Shown here: positions 35,581 through 46,793 of the stretch, piece after piece
How the letters are laid out: each line of letters begins with the position of its first letter
Numbering within the stretch: the stretch's first letter is position 1
NCBI GenBank assembly: GCA_015060075.1
Contig: SUZE01000007.1
Location: 9,119 to 73,118, forward strand
Origin: Rikenellaceae bacterium
GTDB taxonomy: Bacteria; Bacteroidota; Bacteroidia; Bacteroidales; Rikenellaceae
Length of the DNA: 64,000 bases
Reading direction: 5' to 3'
Program-made: the position numbers and the translations under genes
The notes under the pieces: model-generated
What the model was told of the DNA's origin: nothing
Seen by the model: the letters and a program-made list of their open reading frames with translations, nothing else
Database searches by the model: none

Positions 35581-35913
35581 TGTTGAAATAAGTTTTTTGC
35601 CCACCAACCCCGAATAAGGCAGTTATATAAAATAAAGAAAGTGTGAGGTTGATTTTCGTCTATCTATGTGACGGTTGTGGAATGACCTAAACTGAAATAA
35701 ACGAAGCATTACCTCACACCTGAATAGTATGAGGTACGCAGAAAAGCGTATAGCCACATAACTATACAAGAAATGAGTGCTATTCGTCTGCCCATCAGTT
35801 TGCTGAAAACTTCCACATTTTCACATAAGGACAAAAGCGAAAAACACTTTCTATATGTCTGCAATCCAACGGACTGCGTTACAAAAGTAGAAACTTTTTC
35901 TGAAAAGTGCAAA
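35581..35913 (-). promoter_or_regulatory. Promoter plus a conserved 5' leader of about 290 nt (copy b)
   Basis: On the minus strand, -33 TTTG is at 35910-35913 and -7 TACTTTTG is at 35882-35889, with 20-nt spacing. It aligns with copy a over the whole length except a variable central block. Confidence 0.65.
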
Positions 35914-36094
35914 AAAATCAGCCAATGGCCAATGGTTAAAGGCTAATGGCTCACGAAAATCTGCAAGGTTGAAAAATTGTTAATAAGTGAAATGGTCGCT
36001 ATACCTCCTATTATTATAGGAAAGTGTAATTTTGTAAGCGTAAAAAAGTGAGAACTCACAAAATTGCATAGGAAGACTCAAAACATTATATAAA

Positions 36095-37360
36095 ATGAAA
36101 AAAGTAGATGTAATTCTCGGTCTCCAATGGGGTGACGAGGGTAAAGGCAAGGTTGTCGATGTATTGACTCCTAACTATCAGGCTGTTGCTCGTTTTCAGG
36201 GCGGTCCAAACGCAGGTCACTCGCTGAAATTTGAGGGCAAAAGTTTCGTTTTGCACACCGTTCCTTCGGGTATTTTCCGTGACGGCTCAATCAACATTAT
36301 CGGTAATGGTGTGGTGATTGACCCTGTAATTCTCGCAGAGGAGGTTGCCGACATCGAGAAGATGGGCGTAGATGTAACCGAGCGTATGGTTATCTCGAAG
36401 CGCGCACACCTTATTCTCCCAACCCACCGCATGCTCGATGCTGCGAGCGAGGCTGCAAAGGGTAAGACCAAAATCGGCTCGACATTGAAGGGTATTGGTC
36501 CTACTTATATGGATAAAACAGGTCGTAACGGCTTGCGTGTAGGCGATATTTTGATGCCTGACTTCGAGGAGCGTTACAACCGCTTGAAGGCAAAGCACGA
36601 GGAGATGCTTCGCCAATATGCTTACTCTTACGACATCACCGCATACGAGCAGGAGTGGTTCAAGGGTATCGAGGTTATCCGCAAATTTAACCTTGTAGAT
36701 AGTGAGCAGATGGTAAATGAGGCACTCAAAAACGATACCGCTGTTTTGGCGGAGGGCGCACAGGGCTCGTTGCTCGATATAGACTTCGGAACATACCCTT
36801 ATGTAACATCTTCCAACACGCTCTGCTCGGGCGTATGTAGCGGTTTGGGCGTTGCGCCAACCCGCATCGGTAACGTTTACGGTATCTTCAAGGCTTACTG
36901 CACACGCGTAGGTAGTGGTCCGTTCCCAACAGAGTTATTCGATACTACGGGCGAGACTTTGCGCCAGATTGGTAACGAGTTCGGTGCTACAACAGGTCGT
37001 CCTCGCCGTTGCGGTTGGTTGGACTTGGTAGCGTTGAAATATACCGTTATGATGAACGGTGTAACCGAGTTAATTATGATGAAGAGCGATGTTTTGAACG
37101 AGTTTGCTACTATCAAAGTCGCTGTTGGTTACGAATTAGACGGCAAGCAGTTGGACTACTTCCCATACGAGTGCACAGACGACATCGTACCTATCTACAA
37201 GGAGTTCAAGGGTTGGAACTGCGACATCTGCAATGTTCGCAATTACGAAGATTTCCCTGCTGAATTTAAGGAGTATGTAGAGTTTATTGAGAAGGAGACA
37301 GGTGTGCCTGTAAAGATTATCTCGGTAGGTCCTGACCGTGCAGAGACTATTGTACGATAA
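36095..37360 (+). CDS. purA: Adenylosuccinate synthase
   Basis: The N-terminus is MKKVDVILGLQWGDEGKGKVVD and the motif GIGPTY is present. The length is 421 aa. Confidence 0.95.
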   Translation: MKKVDVILGLQWGDEGKGKVVDVLTPNYQAVARFQGGPNAGHSLKFEGKSFVLHTVPSGIFRDGSINIIGNGVVIDPVILAEEVADIEKMGVDVTERMVISKRAHLILPTHRMLDAASEAAKGKTKIGSTLKGIGPTYMDKTGRNGLRVGDILMPDFEERYNRLKAKHEEMLRQYAYSYDITAYEQEWFKGIEVIRKFNLVDSEQMVNEALKNDTAVLAEGAQGSLLDIDFGTYPYVTSSNTLCSGVCSGLGVAPTRIGNVYGIFKAYCTRVGSGPFPTELFDTTGETLRQIGNEFGATTGRPRRCGWLDLVALKYTVMMNGVTELIMMKSDVLNEFATIKVAVGYELDGKQLDYFPYECTDDIVPIYKEFKGWNCDICNVRNYEDFPAEFKEYVEFIEKETGVPVKIISVGPDRAETIVR

Positions 37361-37390
37361 GTAGATAAAACCTTAAAATATTTCGACAAA

Positions 37391-38578
37391 ATGAAGATTG
37401 GAACTCCGCTTACGAAGGTGGCAAAAAAGGCTCTTCTTTGTGGCTCGGGAGAGTTGGGCAAAGAGGTTGCGCTCGAACTGCAACGATTTGGTGTAGAGGT
37501 TATTGCACTTGACCGCTACGAGAATGCTCCTGCTATGCAGGTGGCACATCGCAGTTATGTACTCTCAATGCTTGACGGAGAGCGTTTGCGCAAAATTATC
37601 GAAACGGAGAAGCCTGATATTATTATTCCGGAGGTGGAGGCTATTGCAACCCCGGTGCTTGTAGAACTCGAAAAAGAGGGCTACAAGGTTGCTCCGACAG
37701 CAAAGGCAGTGTGGCTTACCATGAATCGTGAAGGTATTCGCCGTTTGGCTGCCGAGGAGTGTGGTTTGAAAACCGCAAATTATCGTTTTGCCGACACTCG
37801 CGAGGAGTTCGAAAGTGCTGTGACAGAGATTGGTGTCCCTTGCGTTGTGAAGCCGATTATGAGTTCGTCAGGGCATGGTCAATCGACCATCAAATGCGAG
37901 ACTGATATCGATAAGGCGTGGAAAATTGCGCAGGAGGGTGGTCGTGCCGGAGCAGGTCGTGTAATTGTGGAGAGTTTTGTCAATTTCGACTACGAAATTA
38001 CACTTCTGACAGTGCGTCATATTGGCGGTACTACGCTGTTGGAGCCTATCGGTCATCATCAGGTTGATGGCGACTATCGTGAGTCGTGGCAACCACAGCC
38101 AATGAGTGAAAAGGCGAGAGAGAAAGCACATGAGGTAGCGCGTACAATTACCGATGCCTTAGGAGGTTACGGAATCTTTGGTGTCGAGATGTTTATCAAG
38201 GGTGACGAGGTTATTTTTAGTGAAGTTTCGCCTCGTCCGCACGATACCGGAATGGTAACAATGGCATCGCAGGATTTGTCGGAGTTTGCACTCCACGCTC
38301 GTGCGGTTCTCGGTTTACCAATTCCGGCTGTTCGTTTTATTGCGCCGAGTGCTTCGAAGGCGATTGTTGTGGAGGGCGATACCGACAAGGTCGAGTTCGA
38401 GAATATCGAAAAAGTCCTCGAAGAGGAGGGTGTGCAGATTAGACTCTTCGGCAAGCCTGAGGTCGTTGGACATCGCCGCTTCGGTGTAATTTTGGCTACG
38501 GGAGTGTCAGTTGAAGATGCCTTGTCAAAGGCTGAAAGGGCATACGCAAAACTCGGAGTGAAGATTTTGCCGAGATAA
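37391..38578 (+). CDS. purT: Formate-dependent phosphoribosylglycinamide formyltransferase
   Basis: It has the ATP-grasp architecture with N-terminal [12 protein letters not shown] and the motifs [14 protein letters not shown] and [11 protein letters not shown]. Confidence 0.9.
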   Translation: MKIGTPLTKVAKKALLCGSGELGKEVALELQRFGVEVIALDRYENAPAMQVAHRSYVLSMLDGERLRKIIETEKPDIIIPEVEAIATPVLVELEKEGYKVAPTAKAVWLTMNREGIRRLAAEECGLKTANYRFADTREEFESAVTEIGVPCVVKPIMSSSGHGQSTIKCETDIDKAWKIAQEGGRAGAGRVIVESFVNFDYEITLLTVRHIGGTTLLEPIGHHQVDGDYRESWQPQPMSEKAREKAHEVARTITDALGGYGIFGVEMFIKGDEVIFSEVSPRPHDTGMVTMASQDLSEFALHARAVLGLPIPAVRFIAPSASKAIVVEGDTDKVEFENIEKVLEEEGVQIRLFGKPEVVGHRRFGVILATGVSVEDALSKAERAYAKLGVKILPR

Positions 38579-38601
38579 TTGCAAGTTTTAGGATAATTTA
38601 C

Positions 38602-38632
38602 TTTGTAAATTGGTGCAAAAATATTATCTTTG
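38602..38632 (+). promoter_or_regulatory. Bacteroidota-type promoter of the pyr operon
   Basis: -33 TTTG is at 38602-38605 and -7 TATCTTTG is at 38625-38632, with 19-nt spacing. Confidence 0.6.
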
Positions 38633-38654
38633 CACCTAAATAAAGGATAGGGTA

Positions 38655-38783
38655 ATGAAACGATTTACTTTACTTAATGATAAGTCGTGCCCGACAACGG
38701 GCTATGAGAGCGCACAAGTCGCCCCACAGCCGTTGTTGTCAAATTGTCGTTACAACTATTCTATTACTATTTTGACACATTAA
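38655..38783 (+). promoter_or_regulatory. 42-codon leader ORF spanning alternative hairpins upstream of pyrC (candidate attenuator)
   Basis: The ORF runs from ATG 38655 to TAA 38781-38783 and encodes MKRFTLLNDKSCPTTGYESAQVAPQPLLSNCRYNYSITILTH. The segment cgacaacgg (38691-38699) can pair with ccgttgttg (38730-38738). The segment gtcgccc (38718-38724) can pair with gggcgac (38792-38798). Confidence 0.45.
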
Positions 38784-38791
38784 CTATTATC

Positions 38792-38818
38792 GGGCGACCT
38801 ATTTGGTCGCCTGTTTTG
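38792..38818 (+). terminator. Intrinsic terminator inside the pyr leader, 12 nt before the pyrC ATG
   Basis: The stem ggcgacc/ggtcgcc has a tattt loop and is followed by tgttttg. Confidence 0.6.
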
Positions 38819-38829
38819 TAAAAATTAGT

Positions 38830-40101
38830 ATGGCAAAGTTGCTTATAAAGGGTGGAACCGTAGTTGCCGAGGGGGTAAGTCGAAAGACCGATTTACTTGT
38901 TGCTGACGGAAAAATCGAAGCAATAGGGGAATCGCTTACGGCTGATGAAACGACCGAAGTATTTGATGCAGAGGGTTGTATCGTAACATACGGTTTGGCA
39001 GATGTTCACGTTCATCTGCGAGAGCCCGGCTACTCTGTTAAGGAGACCATCGCTACGGGAACTCGTGCTGCTGCTCGTGGCGGAGTAACAACAGTCTGCT
39101 CGATGCCTAACCTTCAACCTGCGCCCGATGCGCCTGAAACTATCGCAGTTCAGCAACAGATGATTGATGAGCAGTCGGTAATTGAGGTGCGACCTTTTGC
39201 GACCATCTCCAAGGGGCGTGAAAGACGAGAGCTGGCGGAGATTGAGGCTTTGCGACCATTGTCGGTGGGTTATTCCGATGACGGAAACGGTATTCAAACC
39301 GAGGAGTTGATGCGCCAAGCGATGCAACGAATTGCTGCGGTAGATGGCATTATCGCAGCGCATTGCGAAGATGACTCGCTTTTGCACGCAGGATATATTC
39401 ACGATGGTAAGTACGCCCGTCAGCACGGACACAAAGGTATCTGCTCGGAGAGCGAGTGGGGACCTATCCAGCGTGATGTAAAACTCGCCGAGGAGGAGGG
39501 TTGCCGCTACCATGTATGCCATATTTCGACAAAAGAGAGCGTTGAGATTATTCGTGAGGCAAAACAAAATTGTAGCCATATCTCTTGCGAAACTGCGCCA
39601 CACTACCTCGTTTTGTGCGATGCAGACCTAAAAGAGGAGGGTCGCTTCAAGATGAATCCCCCATTGCGTGCATCGGAGGATAGAGCCGCACTTATTGAGG
39701 GTATAAAAGATGGAACAATAGAGGTTATTGCCACCGACCATGCGCCGCATACTGCTGAGGAAAAATCACGAGGTTTGAAGGGTAGTGCGATGGGTATCGT
39801 TGGTATCGAAACCTCATTTGCAATATGCTACACACACCTTGTACGCAAGGGGGTAATTACGATTGAAAAACTTATTGCGCTGATGTCCGAAAATCCTCGC
39901 CGCATATTCCGCTTGGGCGGAGCATTAAAAGTTGGCGAGAGGGCAGATATTGCAGTTTTTGATATTACAAAGCCATATACGATTGACACTAACGAGTTTT
40001 TATCGATGGGTAAGGCTACGCCATTTGAAGGCGAGGAGGTTTACGGACGATGCGTGCTGACACTTTTCAATGGCGAAAAGGTTTGGAGTGAAAACAAATA
40101 A
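38830..40101 (+). CDS. pyrC: Dihydroorotase
   Basis: The ATG at 38830 gives MAKLLIKGGTVV. The metal ligand block is DVHVHLREPG and the motif ATDHAPH is present. The 38803 start in the ORF track lies inside the terminator hairpin. Confidence 0.9.
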   Translation: MAKLLIKGGTVVAEGVSRKTDLLVADGKIEAIGESLTADETTEVFDAEGCIVTYGLADVHVHLREPGYSVKETIATGTRAAARGGVTTVCSMPNLQPAPDAPETIAVQQQMIDEQSVIEVRPFATISKGRERRELAEIEALRPLSVGYSDDGNGIQTEELMRQAMQRIAAVDGIIAAHCEDDSLLHAGYIHDGKYARQHGHKGICSESEWGPIQRDVKLAEEEGCRYHVCHISTKESVEIIREAKQNCSHISCETAPHYLVLCDADLKEEGRFKMNPPLRASEDRAALIEGIKDGTIEVIATDHAPHTAEEKSRGLKGSAMGIVGIETSFAICYTHLVRKGVITIEKLIALMSENPRRIFRLGGALKVGERADIAVFDITKPYTIDTNEFLSMGKATPFEGEEVYGRCVLTLFNGEKVWSENK

Positions 40102-40118
40102 CAACAAAATATAGAACA

Positions 40119-41210
40119 ATGAAACAACCCGACAAAAAATTAGTTTTGGAGAGCGGTCATGAGTTCTTGGGTTACGGTTTCGGCGCAGACACAAATGCAG
40201 TGTGCGAAATCGTATTCAATACCTCGATGGCCGGCTATCAGGAGATTTTATCGAATCCTGCCTGTACTAATCAGATTGTTGTGATGACCTATCCGACAAT
40301 CGGCAACTATGGTATTACAGACGAGGATTTTGAGGCGAGAAACCTTACAATCGGAGGTTTGGTGGTGCGTGAGGAGTGCAAGACACCGAGCAACTTCCGC
40401 TATACAAAAACCATCTCGGAGTTGATGGAGGAGTACTCCATTCCGGGTATCAGCGGGGTAGATACCCGAATGCTTACCCGCATTATTCGTGATTCGAAGA
40501 GTTGCCGTGCAGCAATCGTCTCGGCAGATATGTCGAAGGAGGAGGCGTTGGCACTTATCGCTTCGACACCCGAGGACCACAACGCTGTGGAGCGAGTAAG
40601 TTGCAAGAAGCGTTGGTATTCCCGCACGCCTAATCACCGTTTCGATGTTGTGCTGGTTGATTGTGGCGCAAAATTAAACTTGGTGCGCATGCTCAATAAG
40701 CAGGGTTGCAATGTAGTTATCGTTCCGTTTAACACCTCGGCAGAGGAGATTTTGGCATTCAACCCTCACGGTATTCTCGTGTCGAATGGTCCGGGTGCAC
40801 CGACAGATGTTCCTGCGGTTGTAGAGTTGATTAAGAAGTTGAAGGGTAAGTTGCCAATCTTCGGAGTAGGACTTGGTCACCAACTCATCGCCTTGGCATA
40901 CGGTGCAGAGGTATCGCAGATTGAGGGCGTACATCGTGGCGGAGGTCACCCTGTTCGCAACTTGGCGAGTGGCAAAATCGAGATTACGGCACAAGGCTCA
41001 CTCTACTTTATAGATGAGAAGTCATTGGGCGCAACCCCACTTGAAGTTACCCATCGCAGCGTAATTAACAACACCATCGAAGGTGTTGAGTGCAAGAAGG
41101 ATAAGACCTTCTCGGTACAATACAATCCGGAGTCGGCTCCGGGAGCGCAAGACAGCGCATATCTTTTCGATAAATTCATTAAATTGATGGAGGAGAATCA
41201 CAATGCCTAA
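40119..41210 (+). CDS. carA: Carbamoyl-phosphate synthase small (glutaminase) subunit
   Basis: The N-terminal CPSase small-chain domain is followed by a GATase domain containing [11 protein letters not shown] and HRGGGHPV. Confidence 0.93.
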   Translation: MKQPDKKLVLESGHEFLGYGFGADTNAVCEIVFNTSMAGYQEILSNPACTNQIVVMTYPTIGNYGITDEDFEARNLTIGGLVVREECKTPSNFRYTKTISELMEEYSIPGISGVDTRMLTRIIRDSKSCRAAIVSADMSKEEALALIASTPEDHNAVERVSCKKRWYSRTPNHRFDVVLVDCGAKLNLVRMLNKQGCNVVIVPFNTSAEEILAFNPHGILVSNGPGAPTDVPAVVELIKKLKGKLPIFGVGLGHQLIALAYGAEVSQIEGVHRGGGHPVRNLASGKIEITAQGSLYFIDEKSLGATPLEVTHRSVINNTIEGVECKKDKTFSVQYNPESAPGAQDSAYLFDKFIKLMEENHNA

Positions 41211-44200
41211 GAGAACAGATATAAAGAAGGTTATGGTTATCGGCTCTGGTCCAATCGTTATTGGTCAGGCAGCCGAGTTCGACTATGCAGGCACACAGGC
41301 TTGTCTTGCACTCAAAGAGGAGGGTTACGAGGTTATCCTCGTGAACTCAAACCCTGCAACCATTATGACCGACACATTCATTGCGGATAAGGTCTATATG
41401 GAGCCTTTGAAGTTGGAGTATGTCGCAAAGATTATTCGCTACGAGCGACCAGACGCTATCGTTCCGGGCTTGGGAGGTCAGACAGGTCTGAACCTCGCCG
41501 TACAACTCGCAAAGAAGGGTGTTTTGGAGGAGTGCGGTGTTGAAATTCTCGGAACATCGTTCGAGAGTATCGAGCAGGCAGAGGATAGAGAGTTGTTCAA
41601 AGAGTTGTGTATATCGCTCGGAGAGCCCGTATTGCCTTCGGAGGTTGTGAATACCATTGAGGAGGCTGTCGAGGTTGCCAAAGAGATTGGTTATCCGTTG
41701 GTACTTCGCCCTGCATTTACACTCGGAGGTACTGGTGGTGGCTTCGTGGATAACGAGGAGGAGTTGCGTGAGTTGATGCGTAACGCCTTGGCTCTCTCGC
41801 CGGTACATCAGGTTTTGGTAGAGAAGAGTATCAAGGGCTATAAGGAGATTGAGTACGAGGTGATGCGTGACAAGAACGACACGGCTATCACCATCTGTAA
41901 CATGGAGAATGTAGACCCTGTGGGTGTGCATACGGGCGACTCAATCGTAGTTGCTCCGTGTCAGACTTTGACCGACAAGGAGGCGCAGATGCTCCGTACC
42001 AGCGCATTGAAGATTATTCGTGCATTGAAGATTGAGGGTGGTTGTAATGTGCAGTTTGCATTGGACCCACTCTCGTTCAAATACTATATTATCGAGGTTA
42101 ATCCACGAGTTTCACGCTCTTCGGCATTGGCATCAAAGGCGAGTGGTTTCCCAATCGCCCGAGTTACGGCGAAGGTGGCTGTGGGAATGACGCTCGATGA
42201 GATTATGCTCTCGAATGGTCCTGCTTGCTCGGAGCCTGCATTGGACTACATCGTAACAAAGATTGCTCGTTTCCCATTCGACAAGTTCAGCGAGGCATCG
42301 AACGAACTCGGTACGCAGATGAAGGCAACGGGCGAGGTTATGAGCATTGGTCGTACCATCGAGGAGAGTTTGTTGAAGGCAGTTCGCTCGCTCGAAACGG
42401 GAGTTTGCCACATCTACCACAAGAAGTTTGATGATATGGCAACTGCTGATATGTTGCAATATATCACTCGTGCTACCGATGACCGTATCTACGCTATTGC
42501 AGAGTTGTTGCGCCGAGGTGTAGACCGTTCGTTGATTTACGACCGCACGAAGATTGATATGTTCTTCTTGAAGAAGATGGATAATATCGTAAACTTCGAG
42601 CGAGAGGTTAAGGCTCACAAGGGCGACCGTGAGGTACTCTACGAGGCAAAGCGTATCGGCTTTGGCGATAAGTTTATCGGACAGTTGTGGGGTATGACCG
42701 AGTCGGAGGTGTTCGAGTTGCGTCAGGAGTTGGATATTAAGCCGGTATATAAGACTATCGACACTTGTGCAGGCGAGTATTCGGGCTATGTGCCATACTT
42801 CTATTCGACCTACGAGCAGGAGAATGAGTCGGTGGTTAGCGACCGCAAAAAGATTGTCGTACTTGGCTCTGGTCCTATCCGAATTGGTCAGGGCGTGGAG
42901 TTCGACTATTCGACCGTACACTCGATTTGGGCTATCCGTGAGGCTGGTTACGAGGCTATTATTATCAACAATAACCCTGAAACCGTTTCAACCGACTTTA
43001 CCATTTCGGACAAGTTGTATTTTGAGCCACTTACAGTGGAGAATGTGATGAACATTATCCGTATGGAGCAGCCTGACGGCGTTATCGTGACACTTGGCGG
43101 TCAGACCGCTATCAACCTTGCGAAGCCGTTGTCGAAGATGGGCGTAAAGGTTGTTGGTACAGGCATTGAGGCTATTGACAACGCAGAGGATAGAAAACTC
43201 TTCGAGGCTATTATGCGCAAGGTCGGTATTCCGCAGCCAAAGGCAAAGGCTGTAACTGATATCGAGGATGGTGTTGCTGCGGCAAAGGAGATTGGCTACC
43301 CTGTATTGGTGCGCCCAAGTTTCGTGTTGGGTGGTCGTGCAATGCAGATTGTCGGCAACGAGCAGGCTTTGCGCCACTACTTGCACAATGCGGTAGAGGT
43401 GTCGGAGGATTCACCGGTATTGGTCGATAAGTACATTATGGGTAAGGAGGCAGAGGTTGATGCCATCTGCGATGCCGAGGGCAATGTCTTTATTCCGGGT
43501 ATTATGGAGCATGTCGAGCATACGGGAGTCCACTCGGGCGACTCGATTAGCGTCTATCCATCTTTCTCGTTGAGCGCAGCCGTTAAGGAGAAGATGATTG
43601 ACTACACCGTACGCCTTGGTCGTGCTATCGGCATTGTAGGTCTTTACAATATACAGTTTATTGTTGATTCGGAGGAGAAGGTTTATGTGATTGAGGTAAA
43701 CCCTCGTTCTTCGCGTACAGTGCCATTCCTCTCGAAGTCTACAAATGTACCAATGGCAAAGATTGCAACTCGCGTAATGTTGGGCGAGTCGTTGCCTTCG
43801 CAGGGCATAACAAAAGTTTATGGGGATGAGCGCAAGCGTCACTTTGTGAAGGCTCCTGCATTCTCGTTTGCAAAGATTAAGGGTGTAGATTCGTACCTCT
43901 CGCCTGAAATGAAATCTACGGGTGAGGCTATCGGCTACGATGATTCGCTTACTCGTGCATTGTACAAGTCGTTGCAGGCTTCGGGTATGACAATCGTGAA
44001 CTACGGTACTATCTTCGCAACTATTGCCGACAAGGACAAGGAGGCTGCATTGCCATTGATTCGCCGCTTCTACAACCTCGGTTTCAATATCGAGGCTACG
44101 GCAGGTACAGCATCGTTCCTTCGTGAGCATGGTATTCGCACACGATTGTTGCGCAAAATCAGCGATGGTAGCGATGATATTATAAAGAGTCTTGCGAAGG

Positions 44201-44400
44201 GACATGTAAGTTATGTAATCAACACTATTGATGTAAATCAGCATAATACACGCCTTGACGGCTACGATATTCGTAACGCTGCGGTAGAGAACAATGTGTC
44301 GATTATTACGGCACTCGAAACAGTTAGTGCATTGCTCGATGTATTGGAGGAGATTACTCTCGGAGTTTCGACTATCGATGCCGAGTATAGAGCAAAATAG
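41203..44400 (+). CDS. carB: Carbamoyl-phosphate synthase large subunit
   Basis: The 1065-aa product has duplicated ATP-grasp halves ([21 protein letters not shown] and [20 protein letters not shown]) and an MGS-like C-terminus. It overlaps carA by 8 nt. Confidence 0.96.
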   Translation: MPKRTDIKKVMVIGSGPIVIGQAAEFDYAGTQACLALKEEGYEVILVNSNPATIMTDTFIADKVYMEPLKLEYVAKIIRYERPDAIVPGLGGQTGLNLAVQLAKKGVLEECGVEILGTSFESIEQAEDRELFKELCISLGEPVLPSEVVNTIEEAVEVAKEIGYPLVLRPAFTLGGTGGGFVDNEEELRELMRNALALSPVHQVLVEKSIKGYKEIEYEVMRDKNDTAITICNMENVDPVGVHTGDSIVVAPCQTLTDKEAQMLRTSALKIIRALKIEGGCNVQFALDPLSFKYYIIEVNPRVSRSSALASKASGFPIARVTAKVAVGMTLDEIMLSNGPACSEPALDYIVTKIARFPFDKFSEASNELGTQMKATGEVMSIGRTIEESLLKAVRSLETGVCHIYHKKFDDMATADMLQYITRATDDRIYAIAELLRRGVDRSLIYDRTKIDMFFLKKMDNIVNFEREVKAHKGDREVLYEAKRIGFGDKFIGQLWGMTESEVFELRQELDIKPVYKTIDTCAGEYSGYVPYFYSTYEQENESVVSDRKKIVVLGSGPIRIGQGVEFDYSTVHSIWAIREAGYEAIIINNNPETVSTDFTISDKLYFEPLTVENVMNIIRMEQPDGVIVTLGGQTAINLAKPLSKMGVKVVGTGIEAIDNAEDRKLFEAIMRKVGIPQPKAKAVTDIEDGVAAAKEIGYPVLVRPSFVLGGRAMQIVGNEQALRHYLHNAVEVSEDSPVLVDKYIMGKEAEVDAICDAEGNVFIPGIMEHVEHTGVHSGDSISVYPSFSLSAAVKEKMIDYTVRLGRAIGIVGLYNIQFIVDSEEKVYVIEVNPRSSRTVPFLSKSTNVPMAKIATRVMLGESLPSQGITKVYGDERKRHFVKAPAFSFAKIKGVDSYLSPEMKSTGEAIGYDDSLTRALYKSLQASGMTIVNYGTIFATIADKDKEAALPLIRRFYNLGFNIEATAGTASFLREHGIRTRLLRKISDGSDDIIKSLAKGHVSYVINTIDVNQHNTRLDGYDIRNAAVENNVSIITALETVSALLDVLEEITLGVSTIDAEYRAK

Positions 44401-44410
44401 ATTATAAACG

Positions 44411-45148
44411 ATGCAGAGAGTTATATTAACCGTAACAAAGAACGAGGCTCTGACACCTCTCATCTACAAGATGCAACTTGCAGGTGATGTGTCGGGCGTT
44501 ACTCGTGCCGGACAGTTTGTCGAGATTGCACTCGATGGCTTGTATCTGCGCCGACCAATCTCGGTTTGTAATTACGATGAGGGCGAATTGACTATCATAT
44601 ATAAAGTAGTAGGCAAGGGTACCGATTTGATGTCGCAGATGGCAGAGGGTACGCAGTTAGATGTACTTACAGGCTTGGGCAATGGCTTCGATACGGAGCA
44701 TGAGTGCAAAAAACCGCTGCTCGTAGGCGGTGGAGTAGGCGTTCCGCCATTGTATCGTTTGACACGTGATTTGATTGCACGAGGCAAGGAGGTGACCGTA
44801 GTGCTTGGCTTTAATACCGAGTCGGAGATTTTCTACGCCGAGGAGTTCGAGGCGTTGGGTGCAAAGGTTATTCTTGCTACGGCTGATGGCTCGGTGGGCG
44901 TAAAGGGCTTCGTTACAGATGCAATTCGAGAAAGCGGGGTAGAGGCAGACTACTTCTACTCGTGCGGTCCATTGCCGATGTTAAAGGCGTTGTGTAACTC
45001 GCTCGAAATCAGCGGTGAAGTATCGCTCGAAGAGCGTATGGGTTGCGGTTTTGGTATCTGCATGGGTTGTTCGATTCATACAACAAAGGGGGCAAAGCGC
45101 GTCTGCAAAGATGGTCCCGTATTTAGGAAGGAGGAGGTCGTATGGTAA
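44411..45148 (+). CDS. pyrK: Dihydroorotate dehydrogenase (class 1B) electron-transfer subunit
   Basis: It has an FAD/NAD-binding fold (RRPISV, GGGVGVPP) and a C-terminal 2Fe-2S cysteine cluster (CGFGICMGC....C). Confidence 0.9.
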   Translation: MQRVILTVTKNEALTPLIYKMQLAGDVSGVTRAGQFVEIALDGLYLRRPISVCNYDEGELTIIYKVVGKGTDLMSQMAEGTQLDVLTGLGNGFDTEHECKKPLLVGGGVGVPPLYRLTRDLIARGKEVTVVLGFNTESEIFYAEEFEALGAKVILATADGSVGVKGFVTDAIRESGVEADYFYSCGPLPMLKALCNSLEISGEVSLEERMGCGFGICMGCSIHTTKGAKRVCKDGPVFRKEEVVW

Positions 45149-46056
45149 GAGATTTATCTGTTGAATTGTGCGGTGTTGCACTCGACAACCCCGTAATTCC
45201 TGCCAGCGGAACATTCGGCTTCGGCAAGGAGATGGCTGAGGTGTACGATATCAACATTCTCGGTTCTATCTCGTTCAAGGGCACTACTCGTGATGCCCGT
45301 TTCGGAAATCCGACACCTCGTATTGCCGAGTGTCCAAGCGGACTTATCAACTCGGTAGGTCTGCAAAATCCTGGCGTAGATGCAGTTATTGCACACGAAC
45401 TGCCCGAACTCCGCAAGATTTTCCGCAAGCCTATTATCGCCAATATCAGCGGTTTTTCGATTGAGGAGTATGTGGAGTGCTGCTCGAAGTTGGACAAGGA
45501 GGAGCAGGTGGCAATTTTGGAGGTCAATATCTCCTGTCCGAATGTGCATAACGGAGGTATGGCGTTTGGTACATCGCCAGAGTCTGCGGCTGCGGTAACT
45601 CGTGCAGTTAAGGCGGTTACTACAAAGCCCGTATTTATCAAGTTGTCGCCAAATGTAACCGACATTGTCGCTATCGCAAAGGCGTGCGAAGAGGCTGGTG
45701 CTGATGGTATTACGCTGATTAACACCATGCTCGGTATGCGTATTGACATCGCCCGCAGAAAGCCCGTAATCGCCAACAAGATGGGAGGATTTTCGGGTGC
45801 TGCGATATTCCCGATAGCGGTACGAATGGTCTATCAGGTGGCTCACGCTGTTAAGATTCCTGTTATCGGTTGCGGTGGTGTGGCTACGGCGGAAGATGTT
45901 GTGGAGATGATGATGGCAGGTGCTACGGGCGTTCAGGTGGGTGCAGAAAACCTGCGTAACCCATACGCCTGCAAGGAGATTATCGAGGAGTTACCGTATG
46001 TTATGGAGCGCCTCGGCATCGAGAAATTAAGTGATATAATTGGAATAATTGAGTAA
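45142..46056 (+). CDS. pyrD: Dihydroorotate dehydrogenase class 1B catalytic subunit
   Basis: The motifs are NPVIPASGTFGFG, NISCPNV and GGFSGAAIFPIA. It overlaps pyrK by 7 nt. Confidence 0.93.
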   Translation: MVRDLSVELCGVALDNPVIPASGTFGFGKEMAEVYDINILGSISFKGTTRDARFGNPTPRIAECPSGLINSVGLQNPGVDAVIAHELPELRKIFRKPIIANISGFSIEEYVECCSKLDKEEQVAILEVNISCPNVHNGGMAFGTSPESAAAVTRAVKAVTTKPVFIKLSPNVTDIVAIAKACEEAGADGITLINTMLGMRIDIARRKPVIANKMGGFSGAAIFPIAVRMVYQVAHAVKIPVIGCGGVATAEDVVEMMMAGATGVQVGAENLRNPYACKEIIEELPYVMERLGIEKLSDIIGIIE

Positions 46057-46069
46057 AACATAATAAGTT

Positions 46070-46771
46070 ATGGCAAAAGATGTAATTATTGCGTGCGATT
46101 TCAGCAGCAAGGAGCAGACGCTCTCGTTCTTGGATAAGTTCACAGGTCGTAAACCTTTTGTAAAGATTGGTATGGAGTTGTTCTATGCCGAAGGACCTGC
46201 TATTGTGCGTGAGATTAAGGCTCGTGGACACAAAATTTTCCTCGACCTCAAATTGCACGATATTCCAAACACCGTACGTAAGGCAATGAACGTACTCTCA
46301 CGCCTTGATGTCGATATGTGCAATGTTCACGCTGCGGGAACGGTGGACATGATGCGTGCAGGCTTGGAGGGTTTGACACGTGAGGACGGTACTCGTCCAT
46401 TGTTGATTGCCGTAACACAACTCACCTCGACCAGCGAGGAGCGTATGCAGAAGGAGTTGCTTATTGATGCAACTATCAACGACTGCATCGCAAAGTATGC
46501 CGAGAATGCAAAGGAGGCAGGTCTTGACGGAGTAGTTTGCTCGCCACTCGAAGCATCGCTCGTGAAGGAGCGTTGTGGCAAGGAGTTCTTCACAATCACT
46601 CCGGGTGTGCGCTTTGCAGATAGTTCGAAAGACGACCAAGTGCGCATTATGACTCCTGCACAGGCTCGTGAGATTGGCTCGGACTACATTGTAGTAGGTC
46701 GCCCTATCACCGCTGCCGAAGACCCTGTGGCAGCATACGAGCGTTGCTGCAAAGAGTTCTTAAATGAGTAA
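46070..46771 (+). CDS. pyrF: Orotidine-5'-phosphate decarboxylase
   Basis: The motifs are [29 protein letters not shown] and IVVGRPIT. Confidence 0.93.
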   Translation: MAKDVIIACDFSSKEQTLSFLDKFTGRKPFVKIGMELFYAEGPAIVREIKARGHKIFLDLKLHDIPNTVRKAMNVLSRLDVDMCNVHAAGTVDMMRAGLEGLTREDGTRPLLIAVTQLTSTSEERMQKELLIDATINDCIAKYAENAKEAGLDGVVCSPLEASLVKERCGKEFFTITPGVRFADSSKDDQVRIMTPAQAREIGSDYIVVGRPITAAEDPVAAYERCCKEFLNE

Positions 46772-46793
46772 TAACGAATAAAAATATAAGACT

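Noticed and set aside
38803-38829. The upstream start for pyrC given in the ORF track (MVACFVKIS...).
   Set aside because: That start is a non-ATG codon lying inside the leader terminator hairpin. The ATG at 38830 gives the canonical dihydroorotase N-terminus MAKLLIKGGTVV.
43411-44463. Long antisense ORFs inside well-supported genes. Examples are 43411-44463, 12037-13257, 20250-21227, 1620-2444, 38893-39603, 42133-42921, 47963-48718 and 50483-51205.
   Set aside because: Each overlaps, on the opposite strand, a gene with clear family motifs (carB, M16 peptidase, glycosyltransferase, and so on). Their translations are Leu/Arg/Cys/His-rich in the way antisense frames usually are. I did not annotate them.
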